A stretch of DNA of 64,000 bases, from contig BPHJ01000001.1 in assembly GCA_026003475.1 (NCBI GenBank), positions 256,545-320,544 on the forward strand, given 5' to 3'. The stretch comes from Candidatus Kapaibacterium sp. Lineage in GTDB: Bacteria; Bacteroidota; Ignavibacteria; Kapaibacteriales; NICIL-2. Positions 1 through 9,382 of this stretch are shown here, in pieces (position 1 is the first letter of the stretch; each line of letters begins with the position of its first letter). The position numbers were made by a program, and so were the translations under genes. A model generated the notes under the pieces. That model worked only from the letters and a program-made list of their open reading frames with translations, was not told the origin of the DNA and did not search any database.

Positions 1-1
1 C

Positions 2-2326
2 AATCCCAATTTGGGGGGAATCTTCAAGAGCACCGATGGCGGTCGTTCCTGGCGCGAAATCACGCCCATCATCCCGCTCAATGGTGTTCTCCAGCGTGCA
101 CCGCTGTGGGGTTGCTACTTCCTCGACGAGAATATCGGCATGGTTGTCGGTGGCGGTTGTGAGGGTCTTCCTCAATTGTTTTTCCGCACGACCGATGGAG
201 GCAACTCGTGGGAGCTATTCGTTGCCTACGAGCCGCAAACAGGCATGTCGCATGTGCTCATGTACGACGCAAATGGTTTGTGTTATGCTTCCAGTAGCGG
301 CAGGCTTTGGCGTTCTTTCGATGGGGGGCGCAGTTGGCAAGTGTTTGCGATCACTGGCCCAGCGTATTGGCAAGAAAACCTTGCTAACAAAGGCAGCACA
401 TTTCTGCTTGGAACCGCAGGCAATACGTGCACGGGCGGTACTGGCACGATAGGGGATATTCGCTGGTCGTGGGATGGGGGGGCGACGTGGTCGCGCTATC
501 AAACGGGCGCCTCGATATTTGGCACCTTCTTGGTTGATGATACCAGTGGGTGGGCAGCCGGATGGAATCGCGCCGTCTATCGCATTGCCCGCGATCGGAT
601 AACCGGCCATGAGACCCTGACACCGTACCGCTGTGGGTTGGAACCGGGCAGTAACTTCGACGACATCTGGTTTGTCAACGACACGCTCGGATACCTTGTG
701 GGTGATGGTATCTACCGCACCACGCTGCGTGACTTGTTGGAGCCGCTTATTGTCTCGAACACCGGTCAGCTTGTCGTCTGTGATGGTCAGCCGATCACGC
801 TGAGCGTCGTCAAAGGTGATCGCATTCGCCAGCCCTACACCGAGTATCGCTGGTCAACCGGTGAGCAGACACCGACAATCACCGTCTCGCGGGCGGGGAC
901 GTACTGGGTCGAGGTGCGCGATCCCGATGCATGCTATGGGAAAGCAGTGCCCGTGGTGGTCGAGGGAGCAGCATCGCCGGGGGTGATGGTACGTGCACTT
1001 GCACCAACACCGCTCTGTGAGGGCGACACGATTCGCCTCGAGATGATTCTCGATAGTTCGAGGGTGCAGGTCGCCGAGTACCAGTGGATAGGTGATACCA
1101 CGCGCTCAACTGTCCGCACTGTTATTGCCAGGGCTGGGACGATGGGATTTCGTGCTAGCGTCCGCGGGGTCAATGGATGCGAAGCGCTCTCGAACGAAGT
1201 GCTCTTGAGCGTCGGACAGCGGCCAGTACCAGTGGTCACGCTCGGCAAGGAGCTTATCCGCCGTGCCGATGGGAGCTATGTACTCTGCCCAGGTGATCGC
1301 GTCGAACTTCGAGCATCGGACGGGTTCGCTGCATACCAGTGGAACACGGGTGCAACAACGCAGACGATCGTTGTGGATGCGGCGGGAACCTACACAGTCA
1401 CCGTTCGTGCGCCAGGTCAAGAGTGCGAAGGTCGCTCTGCTCCCATTGTGATTGCTCTTGGGGATACGGTCAAGCCGGAAATTCGTTCTGCCAGTGGATT
1501 TCGCTTTTGTGAGGGTGATGTGATTACGCTCAGCACGGAGCGTCCATACCGCCAATACCGTTGGTCGACCGGCGAACAAACTCCCAGCATTACCGTCTCG
1601 AGCAGTGGGGACTATTGGGTGGAAGTCACCGATGAGTTCAACTGTACGGGTCGCTCTGCGGTCGTCGGGGTAGTCGTTGATCCGAACCCGATCGAAATCG
1701 TTGGTCGTGCGGGGAGTCTGTGGTGGTTCGATACGACTGCGGCGATGGCGATGCGGTGTGATAGTCTGTTGGTGCGAAATAGTTCAGCGGTGCCGATTCA
1801 GATTGGCAGTGCTGTCTTGGCAAGGAACATCGAATTTTCGGTGCCACTGTCGCAACTACCAGTGATTGTACCGCCTGGGGAAGAGCGATGGGTTCGGGTG
1901 TGTTTTTTGCCGACTGTGCTTGGAGAACAGCGAGATACGCTCCGGCTCAGCGATGCAGCCAACTATTGCAAGCGGCAACTTGTGTTAGTGGGTGTATGTG
2001 CTGCCAACGCGTATGCAGCTTCCTCGAGCTGCAACGTTGGCGTGCGCGGAGAAACCGCCACCTTTGCGCATGCAGGGCTTGTTGTGGTATCGCCGTATCC
2101 CAATCCAGCCAGCGACAACGTTGCCCTGGTTGTGCATGGAGCAGAGCCTGCTGCTGAAGTGCTCGCTCTCAATGGCGATCGTGTTCGGGAATGTCGAACG
2201 ATGGAACGCATGGGACAGCGCATTACTCTTGGCTGCGACGTTGCCGATCTGCCAAGCGGCTCCTATATGCTCGTCGTCCGCAACGGATCAAGCGTCGTCA
2301 TCATGCCAATCATCGTTGCACGGTGA
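2..2326 (+). CDS. Secreted cell-surface protein, 5'-truncated by window edge: N-terminal BNR/Asp-box repeats, three SprB-type Ig-like repeats, T9SS C-terminal sorting domain
   Basis: ORF is open to the first base of the window. Four Asp-box motifs: STDGGRSW, TDGGNSW, SFDGGRSW, SWDGGATW. Three ~60-aa repeats with signature 'Y(R/Q)W(S/N)TG..T..I.V...G.Y.V.V.D' (e.g. YRWSTGEQTPTITVSRAGTYWVEVRD), matching the SprB-repeat pattern from memory. C-terminal ~80 aa (…SGSYMLVVRNGSSVVIMPIIVAR) resembles a T9SS type-A CTD. Confidence 0.65.
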   Translation, partial: NPNLGGIFKSTDGGRSWREITPIIPLNGVLQRAPLWGCYFLDENIGMVVGGGCEGLPQLFFRTTDGGNSWELFVAYEPQTGMSHVLMYDANGLCYASSSGRLWRSFDGGRSWQVFAITGPAYWQENLANKGSTFLLGTAGNTCTGGTGTIGDIRWSWDGGATWSRYQTGASIFGTFLVDDTSGWAAGWNRAVYRIARDRITGHETLTPYRCGLEPGSNFDDIWFVNDTLGYLVGDGIYRTTLRDLLEPLIVSNTGQLVVCDGQPITLSVVKGDRIRQPYTEYRWSTGEQTPTITVSRAGTYWVEVRDPDACYGKAVPVVVEGAASPGVMVRALAPTPLCEGDTIRLEMILDSSRVQVAEYQWIGDTTRSTVRTVIARAGTMGFRASVRGVNGCEALSNEVLLSVGQRPVPVVTLGKELIRRADGSYVLCPGDRVELRASDGFAAYQWNTGATTQTIVVDAAGTYTVTVRAPGQECEGRSAPIVIALGDTVKPEIRSASGFRFCEGDVITLSTERPYRQYRWSTGEQTPSITVSSSGDYWVEVTDEFNCTGRSAVVGVVVDPNPIEIVGRAGSLWWFDTTAAMAMRCDSLLVRNSSAVPIQIGSAVLARNIEFSVPLSQLPVIVPPGEERWVRVCFLPTVLGEQRDTLRLSDAANYCKRQLVLVGVCAANAYAASSSCNVGVRGETATFAHAGLVVVSPYPNPASDNVALVVHGAEPAAEVLALNGDRVRECRTMERMGQRITLGCDVADLPSGSYMLVVRNGSSVVIMPIIVAR

Positions 2327-2403
2327 TTTGTATTTTGCATCCCCTTGCGAAGGCAAACGAACGGTACACTTACCAAATGTTCAACTATTTCGGAGTACGT
2401 TTC

Positions 2404-4437
2404 ATGATCCGCATTCTTCCCATGATGATGGTCCTGGCACTTGGCAGCGCGATAGCGCAGCGTGCCATTGAGCGTAGCGTCTGGGACCGCCCACCGCTTT
2501 TGCCTGCTCGGGTGCAGCCCTCGAGCGTGGAACCATCGGTTGCGCTACCGCTGGATCAGTCCCGCAGTGACCGAACCCAAGCAGTGTCGTTTACACGACT
2601 GTTCCGTGCTGGGTTTACGAACCTCACCTATTTCTTCCCCTCGCAGTTGCCGATGGTCTACGAGCCAATCTCGGGGACACTCGGCGTCGTCGAGCACATC
2701 TACCAAGACAATCGGGCAACCGGTGGCAATCTTGGAACCCAACTTGTCTTTCGATACTCGACCAATCGTGGTACGACGTGGCTGCGTCAAACATTGGTCA
2801 ACAATCCTTCCACATTCTTCGGTGTGCCGCAGATTGCGCTGGCAAATCCCAGTAGCAGTTCGTCGGTGACGGACTTGAAAGTGTGCATGACGGGCTACCG
2901 CTATCCAAGTGAAACGGGCTATCGTCGCACCGGCACGGCGGTGTTCGTCCGCACGGAAGGGCAAATCTTCGAGTACAGCGAACAAGGTCCGGTGACGAAT
3001 AATTCGCAGAACTACGCGTTTGGTGCCGGTCGTCTTGTTGGATTCAATGGTGGCGCTGATCGGTCCGGGTTTGCATACTGTGGCATTTTATCCCCTCCCA
3101 CCGAGACGGTGCCCTACGGACAGTACGGTTCGTTGGTCATCAATGCACGATTGGCGGACCTGGAGGATTTTGTTGGCACGATCCCCAGCAGTTGGGACAA
3201 TAGCCAGTTCCGCACTGCACCCCAGCCAACCTCGACCTACAACTCGCCGATGTACGTTGATGCCGATGGAAACAGCACACTCTATGCTGTCATCAATGCA
3301 CTGTTTGCTGATGACCAAGATAATCGCGTCCTTGCGGTCTCGAAATCAACCGACATGGGGCAGTCGTGGTCAACATTCGACCGGATGCCAACCAGCGTTC
3401 TGCAAGCGTACGCCAGCAACCGCGGCGCAGCAATTGCAGTGCCCTATCGCGTCTACGACCAGAGCACACTCGTCGTTACAGGCGAGAACCGCTTCTCCTA
3501 CATTGGCCGCATCGGGCTCTTTGCCGACCAAAACACGTTCGTTGGACTTGATCTTGTCGAAACCGAATACAACAACGGCAATTGGACGATGCGGCTCATT
3601 GCGCCCATCAATGATATTCCGGTTGTCTATAGCTACAACGACTCTGCATCCCAGGCGCGGAATTACCAGCAGCTCGTTTGCGACGAAGTGATTTCTTCGC
3701 TGGGGAACGAAGTGGAAGTTGCGCGGACTGCCGATGGGAGCGACATCATCGTCAAGTGGATTGATCATGTTCCCAGTGCCATACCCATCGTGCTCAATCC
3801 GCCGCAAGTTGCCTTGCGATACGATCAGCAAACCGGCGACTTGATCGGTGAAACGCAAGTGGATACGTTGCCAGTGTTCAACATCTTCATCGCATATCGT
3901 TCCCTCAGCAGTGAAACCTGGAGCGATCCGATCAACCTCACCGGTGATAGCTACTTCAACAAGGGCACGCACATTCCGCTTGTTGTTCCCTCGCGCACGC
4001 AAATCCCCTTGCTAACGATTCGTTCCCTTGCTTCGACCGATTGGAACCAGCAGAGCGACGCAGGCCGGCTTCTGGCACAGTCACCGCAAGACTACGTCAA
4101 TCGCATCTACGACATCCCACACGATGTGAGTTTCGCGATGGTCAGTGCAACGGTGAGCGCCGAGGCAACGCCACGGATAAATCAAACGACGTTGGTTGCA
4201 TCGCCGGTTCCTGCCAGTGATGCGCTCGAGGTTGCCTGGAGCGGTTTGCTGCGCGGTGGTGAATTGGTCATCGTGAATATGCTCGGGCAGACGGTACTCA
4301 GCAAAACCGTTGCTGCCAGCGATGGAGTACAGGGTGCAATGCTCGATGTTCGCATGCTCCCGGTGGGAACATATTCGCTCCAGCTTCGCACCAGCCAAGG
4401 TGTGGTCGCAACAACACCGGTTGTTGTGGTGCGCTGA
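2404..4437 (+). CDS. Secreted BNR-repeat (sialidase-like beta-propeller) protein with T9SS C-terminal sorting domain
   Basis: Signal peptide MIRILPMMMVLALGSAIAQ; an alternative start is at 2377. Asp-box-like motifs YSTNRGTTW and SKSTDMGQSW. C-terminal …VGTYSLQLRTSQGVVATTPVVVVR is T9SS-CTD-like. Confidence 0.6.
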   Translation: MIRILPMMMVLALGSAIAQRAIERSVWDRPPLLPARVQPSSVEPSVALPLDQSRSDRTQAVSFTRLFRAGFTNLTYFFPSQLPMVYEPISGTLGVVEHIYQDNRATGGNLGTQLVFRYSTNRGTTWLRQTLVNNPSTFFGVPQIALANPSSSSSVTDLKVCMTGYRYPSETGYRRTGTAVFVRTEGQIFEYSEQGPVTNNSQNYAFGAGRLVGFNGGADRSGFAYCGILSPPTETVPYGQYGSLVINARLADLEDFVGTIPSSWDNSQFRTAPQPTSTYNSPMYVDADGNSTLYAVINALFADDQDNRVLAVSKSTDMGQSWSTFDRMPTSVLQAYASNRGAAIAVPYRVYDQSTLVVTGENRFSYIGRIGLFADQNTFVGLDLVETEYNNGNWTMRLIAPINDIPVVYSYNDSASQARNYQQLVCDEVISSLGNEVEVARTADGSDIIVKWIDHVPSAIPIVLNPPQVALRYDQQTGDLIGETQVDTLPVFNIFIAYRSLSSETWSDPINLTGDSYFNKGTHIPLVVPSRTQIPLLTIRSLASTDWNQQSDAGRLLAQSPQDYVNRIYDIPHDVSFAMVSATVSAEATPRINQTTLVASPVPASDALEVAWSGLLRGGELVIVNMLGQTVLSKTVAASDGVQGAMLDVRMLPVGTYSLQLRTSQGVVATTPVVVVR

Positions 4438-4459
4438 GACGTTGGTGCCATTAGCGTTG

Positions 4460-4501
4460 CGGGGCAGGCAAGGGAATCGCTTCCTGCCCCGTGCTGTTTT
4501 T
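4460..4501 (+). terminator. Rho-independent terminator candidate after the BNR/T9SS gene
   Basis: 9-bp GC stem CGGGGCAGG…CCTGCCCCG followed by TGCTGTTTTTA. Confidence 0.5.
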
Positions 4502-4533
4502 AGTGTGGTGTTCAATCAAGGATTGAGTGTGCG

Positions 4534-5634
4534 GTGGAAAACCTTGACCTGCTTCGTACTCAGATCGGTGCTGTGATTGACCCCGACGTGGGTAAATCCC
4601 TGCAGGAACTTGGTGCACTTCATCGCATCGAACCAAGTGATGATGGGCATGTTCAGGTGTATGTGGAACTGATACCACCAATCTACCGGACGTTGGCACA
4701 GCACCTTGACCAAGCAATCGCATCCGCAGTGCAGGGCGTGGATGCCTCGATGTCGGTCACAGTGCATGTGCGTCCGTTAGTGGTTGAGCGAGCCGTACCA
4801 AGTGCGGTGCTACCGCAGGTGCAAGACACGATTGCTGTAGCCTCGGGTAAGGGTGGAGTTGGCAAGTCCACCGTCGCTGCAAATCTTGCGGCAACATTTT
4901 TGCTGGAAGGCTTGCACGTTGGGTTGCTCGATGCTGATATCTACGGTCCCAGCGCGCCGACACTGTTTGGTCTCGAGGGCGCAACGCTGCCGGCGGAAAA
5001 GCACGAGGATGGGCGCGTGGTCGGCTACCCGATTGAGCAATATGGCATCAAGGTTGCTTCAATGGGTTTCATCATGCAACGGGATCAGGCAGCGATCTTC
5101 CGCGGTCCGATGCTGGCTGGATACTTCCGCACACTGGTTGAGCAGATCCAGTGGGGGCAGCTCGATGCATTGGTGTTCGACCTGCCACCGGGAACAGGCG
5201 ACGTTCAACTCACGCTTGCACAGCAAGTCCCGCTCAGCGGCGCAGTGATTGTGACGACGCCCCAGCAACTATCGCTGGCCGACGTGCGCCGCAGTATTGC
5301 GATGTTCCGGCGGGTCAACGTCGAAATCATCGGTATCATCGAGAACATGAGCTACTTTGTTCCCCCCGATGCTCCAGACCGGTGCTACTACGTGTTCGGT
5401 CAGGGAGGTGGTGCCGAGCTTGCGCGGGAGGTTGGCGTTCCATTCTTGGGCGAGATTCCGTTGCACGACCACATCCGAACCGCTTGTGAGACCGGGTTAC
5501 CGGCAATGCTCAATCCGGAGCTTGCATCCACAGTCGCCGATGCATATCGGCATATCGCACAGGCTATCCTGGTCCGGTTGCGGCAGCTCAATGCCGAACG
5601 TCGCACGTCGCCGCACGTGGAGATTCGGCTATGA
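4534..5634 (+). CDS. apbC: Mrp/ApbC/NBP35-family Fe-S cluster carrier ATPase with N-terminal DUF59-like domain
   Basis: GTG start. P-loop VASGKGGVGKSTVAANLA. MinD/ParA-like deviant Walker A with conserved CxxC-region architecture. 366 aa. Confidence 0.9.
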   Translation: MENLDLLRTQIGAVIDPDVGKSLQELGALHRIEPSDDGHVQVYVELIPPIYRTLAQHLDQAIASAVQGVDASMSVTVHVRPLVVERAVPSAVLPQVQDTIAVASGKGGVGKSTVAANLAATFLLEGLHVGLLDADIYGPSAPTLFGLEGATLPAEKHEDGRVVGYPIEQYGIKVASMGFIMQRDQAAIFRGPMLAGYFRTLVEQIQWGQLDALVFDLPPGTGDVQLTLAQQVPLSGAVIVTTPQQLSLADVRRSIAMFRRVNVEIIGIIENMSYFVPPDAPDRCYYVFGQGGGAELAREVGVPFLGEIPLHDHIRTACETGLPAMLNPELASTVADAYRHIAQAILVRLRQLNAERRTSPHVEIRL

Positions 5635-5909
5635 CGCAGTCGCGCATGCATCCGGAACAATTGTCGGGACAGGAGCCCGCGATTGAAGGCGCCATTCGTG
5701 CAGCGCTGGATGAATGCCGTCCCTACTTGCAGCGTGACGGCGGCGATGTCGAGCTGGTGCGATTTGAAGTGGAGACCGCAACGGTGGAGGTGCGCTTCGT
5801 GGGGGCGTGTGTGCAATGCCCGCTTGTGCAGATGACCTTGCGTGCCGGTATCGAGCGGTTAGTTCAATTGCGCGTCCCTGCGGTGCGACGTATCGAGCTG
5901 GTCAAATGA
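5631..5909 (+). CDS. NifU-like (Nfu) Fe-S cluster assembly domain protein
   Basis: ATGA start overlaps the apbC stop. CxxC motif GACVQCPLVQMTL, typical of the NifU C-terminal domain. 92 aa. Confidence 0.65.
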   Translation: MTQSRMHPEQLSGQEPAIEGAIRAALDECRPYLQRDGGDVELVRFEVETATVEVRFVGACVQCPLVQMTLRAGIERLVQLRVPAVRRIELVK

Positions 5910-5962
5910 GTGTGATTGGAGCGACAAGTGCGCCGCACCGTATTTTTGCAGCCCGCGTCGGC

Positions 5963-6037
5963 GGGTGGTTAGCTCAGGTGGTTTAGAGCGTCTGCCTTAC
6001 AAGCAGAAGGTCGGGAGTTCGACTCTCTCACCACCCA
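5963..6037 (+). tRNA. tRNA-Val (anticodon TAC)
   Basis: Hand-folded cloverleaf. Acceptor GGGTGGT/ACCACCC, anticodon loop CTTACAA, T-loop GGTC-GGGAGTTCGACTCTCTC-. 75 nt, CCA not encoded. Confidence 0.8.
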
Positions 6038-6069
6038 CACGCTTGTTCCATTACCTGTGTACGCATGCA

Positions 6070-6252
6070 ATGGCAAAGAAACAGCAATCGTTTGCCGATA
6101 AGGTCAAAAAGCTTCACCGCGACGAGGGTAAGCTCAACGTCCGCGTGATCAAAGCCTACCGTTCACCGAGCGGCAGCGTCAAATTTTTCGAGCGCTTTGT
6201 CAAGGTGGACGATCAATCGCAGTTGGATAAAGTGGACATATCACGGTCGTAA
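6070..6252 (+). CDS. Small basic protein (61 aa), possibly DUF4295-like and ribosome-associated
   Basis: MAKKQQSFADKVKKLHRDEGKLNVRVIK… is Lys/Arg-rich and sits immediately upstream of rpmE. The longer ORF from 5965 would overlap the tRNA and is rejected. Confidence 0.4.
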   Translation: MAKKQQSFADKVKKLHRDEGKLNVRVIKAYRSPSGSVKFFERFVKVDDQSQLDKVDISRS

Positions 6253-6254
6253 CG

Positions 6255-6494
6255 ATGAAAAAAGGTATTCACCCGGCATATCGCCCCATTACGGTTGTCA
6301 TGACCGACGGCACGACCTTCCAGACGCGGTCGTGCTATGCAAAATCCGATCGGATGGTGCTGGAAATTGACTCCAAGTCCCACCCATTTTTCACCGGCAA
6401 ACAGACGCTGGTGGATACGACCGGTCGGGTTGATCGCTTCAACAAGCGGTTGCAAAAGTCTGAGCAGTTACGGAAACACCATCACGGAGCATAA
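6255..6494 (+). CDS. rpmE: 50S ribosomal protein L31, Zn-independent (type B / C-) form
   Basis: MKKGIHP…SKSHPFFTGKQTLVDTTGRVDRFNKR. Only one Cys, so it lacks the CxxC pairs of Zn-binding L31. Confidence 0.9.
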   Translation: MKKGIHPAYRPITVVMTDGTTFQTRSCYAKSDRMVLEIDSKSHPFFTGKQTLVDTTGRVDRFNKRLQKSEQLRKHHHGA

Positions 6495-6500
6495 GCAGCT

Positions 6501-6797
6501 ATGCGTCGTCGTCGAGAACAACTGAGCGACCCCGACAGCGACGGGATGTCGGCGATTGTATCGCCGTTTCGTGGGCGGAACCAAACCTTCCGCAAGCGGA
6601 AATCGCCCATTGGAGATTCGAAGGTCATTGACTACCTGGATCCAAAATTTCTCCAGCAATTTGTCAACGACCAAGGGCGAATCCTTCCCCGTCGCGTAAC
6701 CGGCCTAACGGCCTACCAACAGCGACAAGTTGCCCGAGCGATCAAGTATGCGCGGCATCTTGCGCTGATGCCATTTGTGGCACAGGATTTGAAATAA
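6501..6797 (+). CDS. rpsR: 30S ribosomal protein S18 (Cys-free C- form)
   Basis: [32 protein letters not shown] is the S18 signature. No Cys residues. Confidence 0.85.
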   Translation: MRRRREQLSDPDSDGMSAIVSPFRGRNQTFRKRKSPIGDSKVIDYLDPKFLQQFVNDQGRILPRRVTGLTAYQQRQVARAIKYARHLALMPFVAQDLK

Positions 6798-6816
6798 GCA
6801 ACCGTTGCGTCGGATT

Positions 6817-6848
6817 GATGCTCTTCCCTGATGTCAGGGAAGAGCATC
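6817..6848 (+). terminator. Strong hairpin, terminator candidate, 20 nt after the rpsR stop
   Basis: Perfect inverted repeat GATGCTCTTCCCT-(GATGTC)-AGGGAAGAGCATC. The trailing T-tract is weak (CATCTTTG). Confidence 0.45.
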
Positions 6849-7180
6849 GCCATCTTTGAAACCCGCATCACATCACGCTGTCTGGGCGTTTGTCTCGGGT
6901 GCGCAATTTTTTTTTCGGATGTCCGAACATTTTCCTTGCAATCACAGGGGTTGACAACCGAATTTTGCGCCCGCTCCCTTGTTGGTGTTTGGTGGTAAGA
7001 TCAGCAGGCACCGTTGCTGCATGCGCAGTGCAGGTGTACCCAGGGCGGGTTGTGTCCTCTCCGAAATACGTTCAGCATGGCAGGCATGTCCTGGCAAGCT
7101 GAACATCTTTCGAGGGTCTGCGACGCTACACCACAAGCGAGCCGGGTGGTGAGTCGTTCCATCGTCGTGCGAAAGGTCCT

Positions 7181-8668
7181 GTGCCGAAGAAACAATCCAT
7201 GCTCAGCTTGTTCGGAAGTGCGGAGTTGGAGCGCGTCAAACTCGACCAGCCTCCTGCTCCAGCGACGGAGTCGTCCGGTGATGCTACAACGGTCTGGCAG
7301 CGGTGTCTTGCCATCATTGGCGACAACGTTTCGCCCCAGCACTATCGGACGTGGTTCGAGCCAATCAAGCCGCTCCGGTGTGAGGGCCGTGAATTGGTCC
7401 TCCAAGTTCCCAGTCAGTTTTTCTACGAGTGGCTCGAGGAGCACTACTACGGTTTGCTGCAGAAGACGCTCTACCAGGTGCTCGGCAGTGGCGCACGACT
7501 CCGGTACGAAGTAGTCGTCGAAAACAGTAGTGAAACGCTCGAGCAGCGCACCATTCGCTTGCCGGCATTTCGGCAATCGGGGTCTGCACCTGTCCAAGCG
7601 GCGTTACCATTTACACCGACTGCGCCCGATGTGGCTGATTTTACCGGCTTCCTCAACCGGCGCTACACGTTCGCAAACTTCATCGCTGGCGAAAGCAATC
7701 AGCTTGCGCATTCGGCTGCGCAAGCCGTCGCCGAACAGCCCGGTCGAACACGCTTCAATCCGTTGGTCATCTACGGTGCGACGGGGCTGGGGAAAACGCA
7801 CCTTGTTCAAGCTATCGGCAATCGTATCCTTGAACGAAACCGCACTCTGCGCGTGCTCTATACTACCAGCGAACGCTTCACGATTGAGTACGTCAACGCA
7901 ATTCAGAACAACAAGACTAACGAGTTCACTGCTTTCTACCGCAGTGTTGATGTGCTGATTGTTGACGACATACAATTTTTCGAGGGGAAGGAGAAAACAC
8001 AAGACAACTTTTTTCACACCTTCAACGCGCTCCATCAACTGGGCAAGCAGATCATCTTGACCAGCGACCGCCCACCCAAAGAGCTACGCGACGTTGACGA
8101 GCGGCTCATCTCGCGCTTTCAGTGGGGGCTGACCGCCGACATCCAACCGCCAGACTACGAAATGCGGCTTGCCATTCTGCAGCGCAAAAGCCAAGACGAA
8201 GGCGTTGATGTTCCCCGCGAGGTACTCGAGTACATCGCGCGGCATGTTACGACCAGTGTCCGCGAACTCGAAGGATGCCTCATTAGCTTGATTGCCAAAG
8301 TCTCGCTCGATGGAAGGCTGCCAAGCGTCGAGCTTGCAAAAGAAGTTCTACGGAGCATTCTCGGTCCACTCGATTCGCTGGCCGTAACGATGGACGACAT
8401 CAAGAGCGCTGTTGCTGCATACTTCAACATCAGCACCGAGCTGCTGGAAAGCAAGACACGAAAGCACGAAGTCGTCCTCCCGCGACAAGTGGCGATGTAT
8501 TTGGCAAAGCAACTGACGACTCTTTCGCTCAAGTCCATCGGCCTTCATTTTGGCGGACGGGACCATACGACCGTGCTCCACTCCATTCAAATGGTTGAAG
8601 GTTACCTGGCAACCGATCCAACGGTGGCACAAGCAGTCGAGCAGCTCCAGCGGAAGCTGAAAGCATAA
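7181..8668 (+). CDS. dnaA: Chromosomal replication initiator protein DnaA
   Basis: Walker A GATGLGKTHL, IILTSDRPPKEL, and C-terminal DNA-binding helix region …KSIGLHFGGRDHTTVLHS. 495 aa. Confidence 0.95.
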   Translation: MPKKQSMLSLFGSAELERVKLDQPPAPATESSGDATTVWQRCLAIIGDNVSPQHYRTWFEPIKPLRCEGRELVLQVPSQFFYEWLEEHYYGLLQKTLYQVLGSGARLRYEVVVENSSETLEQRTIRLPAFRQSGSAPVQAALPFTPTAPDVADFTGFLNRRYTFANFIAGESNQLAHSAAQAVAEQPGRTRFNPLVIYGATGLGKTHLVQAIGNRILERNRTLRVLYTTSERFTIEYVNAIQNNKTNEFTAFYRSVDVLIVDDIQFFEGKEKTQDNFFHTFNALHQLGKQIILTSDRPPKELRDVDERLISRFQWGLTADIQPPDYEMRLAILQRKSQDEGVDVPREVLEYIARHVTTSVRELEGCLISLIAKVSLDGRLPSVELAKEVLRSILGPLDSLAVTMDDIKSAVAAYFNISTELLESKTRKHEVVLPRQVAMYLAKQLTTLSLKSIGLHFGGRDHTTVLHSIQMVEGYLATDPTVAQAVEQLQRKLKA

Positions 8669-8860
8669 GCTCTGCCAGCACTGTTTCTGCTGCTCCGAGA
8701 ACATTCTCTCAAAAAATCTATCCTCGGGCTTGGATGGGGCAGGCGGTGGCATTATTTTTGCACCGGCGTGAACATGGTAGTGGGATGGTGACGTTATTCC
8801 CAGGAATACCGCCGCTCTTCCACGTTGCGGTGATAGCAACAACTAATCCTGGAGGTACGA

Positions 8861-9343
8861 ATGAAACGTGTGCTACTTCTGGTTTGGCTGATCGCCTCTG
8901 GCATCGCCATTGCCCAGACCGTTCAGCGGAGCGTGGTTTCCAGCGGTGCAGTGCGTGCATCGAGCGGTTCGGTCGTGATGCAGGGGACCATCGGGCAACC
9001 TATCATCGGTAGTGGGGTCAATACCGAGCATCGCGCTGGTCACGGATTTTGGCACACCCTTGTTTCCAGTGTGAGCAGTGTGGAGCGCACCGATCCATTT
9101 CAGGTGCGGATCACGCCGCAGCCAGCGGTCACGGTTGCCACCATTGAGGTTGGTTGCACGCATGCAGTTAGTGCAGAGGTGCTGACACTGCAGGGGCAAC
9201 AGGTGGGCGCGGTTCGCTTTTCGTCCGATGCTGCCATGCAGCGTGGACAGCTTGATTGCAGCACCCTTGCCAGCGGGCTGTACTTGGTCCGCCTGCGGTG
9301 TGGGGAGCAGCAGCTATTCCTTCCGTTGATGATTGCAAAGTAA
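8861..9343 (+). CDS. Small secreted protein with T9SS C-terminal sorting domain
   Basis: Signal peptide MKRVLLLVWLIASGIAIAQ. C-terminal …LASGLYLVRLRCGEQQLFLPLMIAK is type-A-CTD-like. Confidence 0.5.
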   Translation: MKRVLLLVWLIASGIAIAQTVQRSVVSSGAVRASSGSVVMQGTIGQPIIGSGVNTEHRAGHGFWHTLVSSVSSVERTDPFQVRITPQPAVTVATIEVGCTHAVSAEVLTLQGQQVGAVRFSSDAAMQRGQLDCSTLASGLYLVRLRCGEQQLFLPLMIAK

Positions 9344-9382
9344 CCTACGTTGACATGTTTCACAAAAGCACGGAGTAGTCTC

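Noticed and set aside
6817-6848. Hairpin after rpsR as a possible DnaA-related structure or riboswitch
   Set aside because: Perfect 13-bp GC-rich inverted repeat immediately 3' of a stop codon is most simply a transcription terminator. No conserved riboswitch features recognised.
7001-7597. 198-aa minus ORF across the dnaA start and upstream region
   Set aside because: Overlaps the genuine DnaA N-terminus. No motifs.
8348-8842. 164-aa minus ORF overlapping the dnaA 3' end and downstream spacer
   Set aside because: Antisense to the DnaA DNA-binding domain. Composition is not protein-like.
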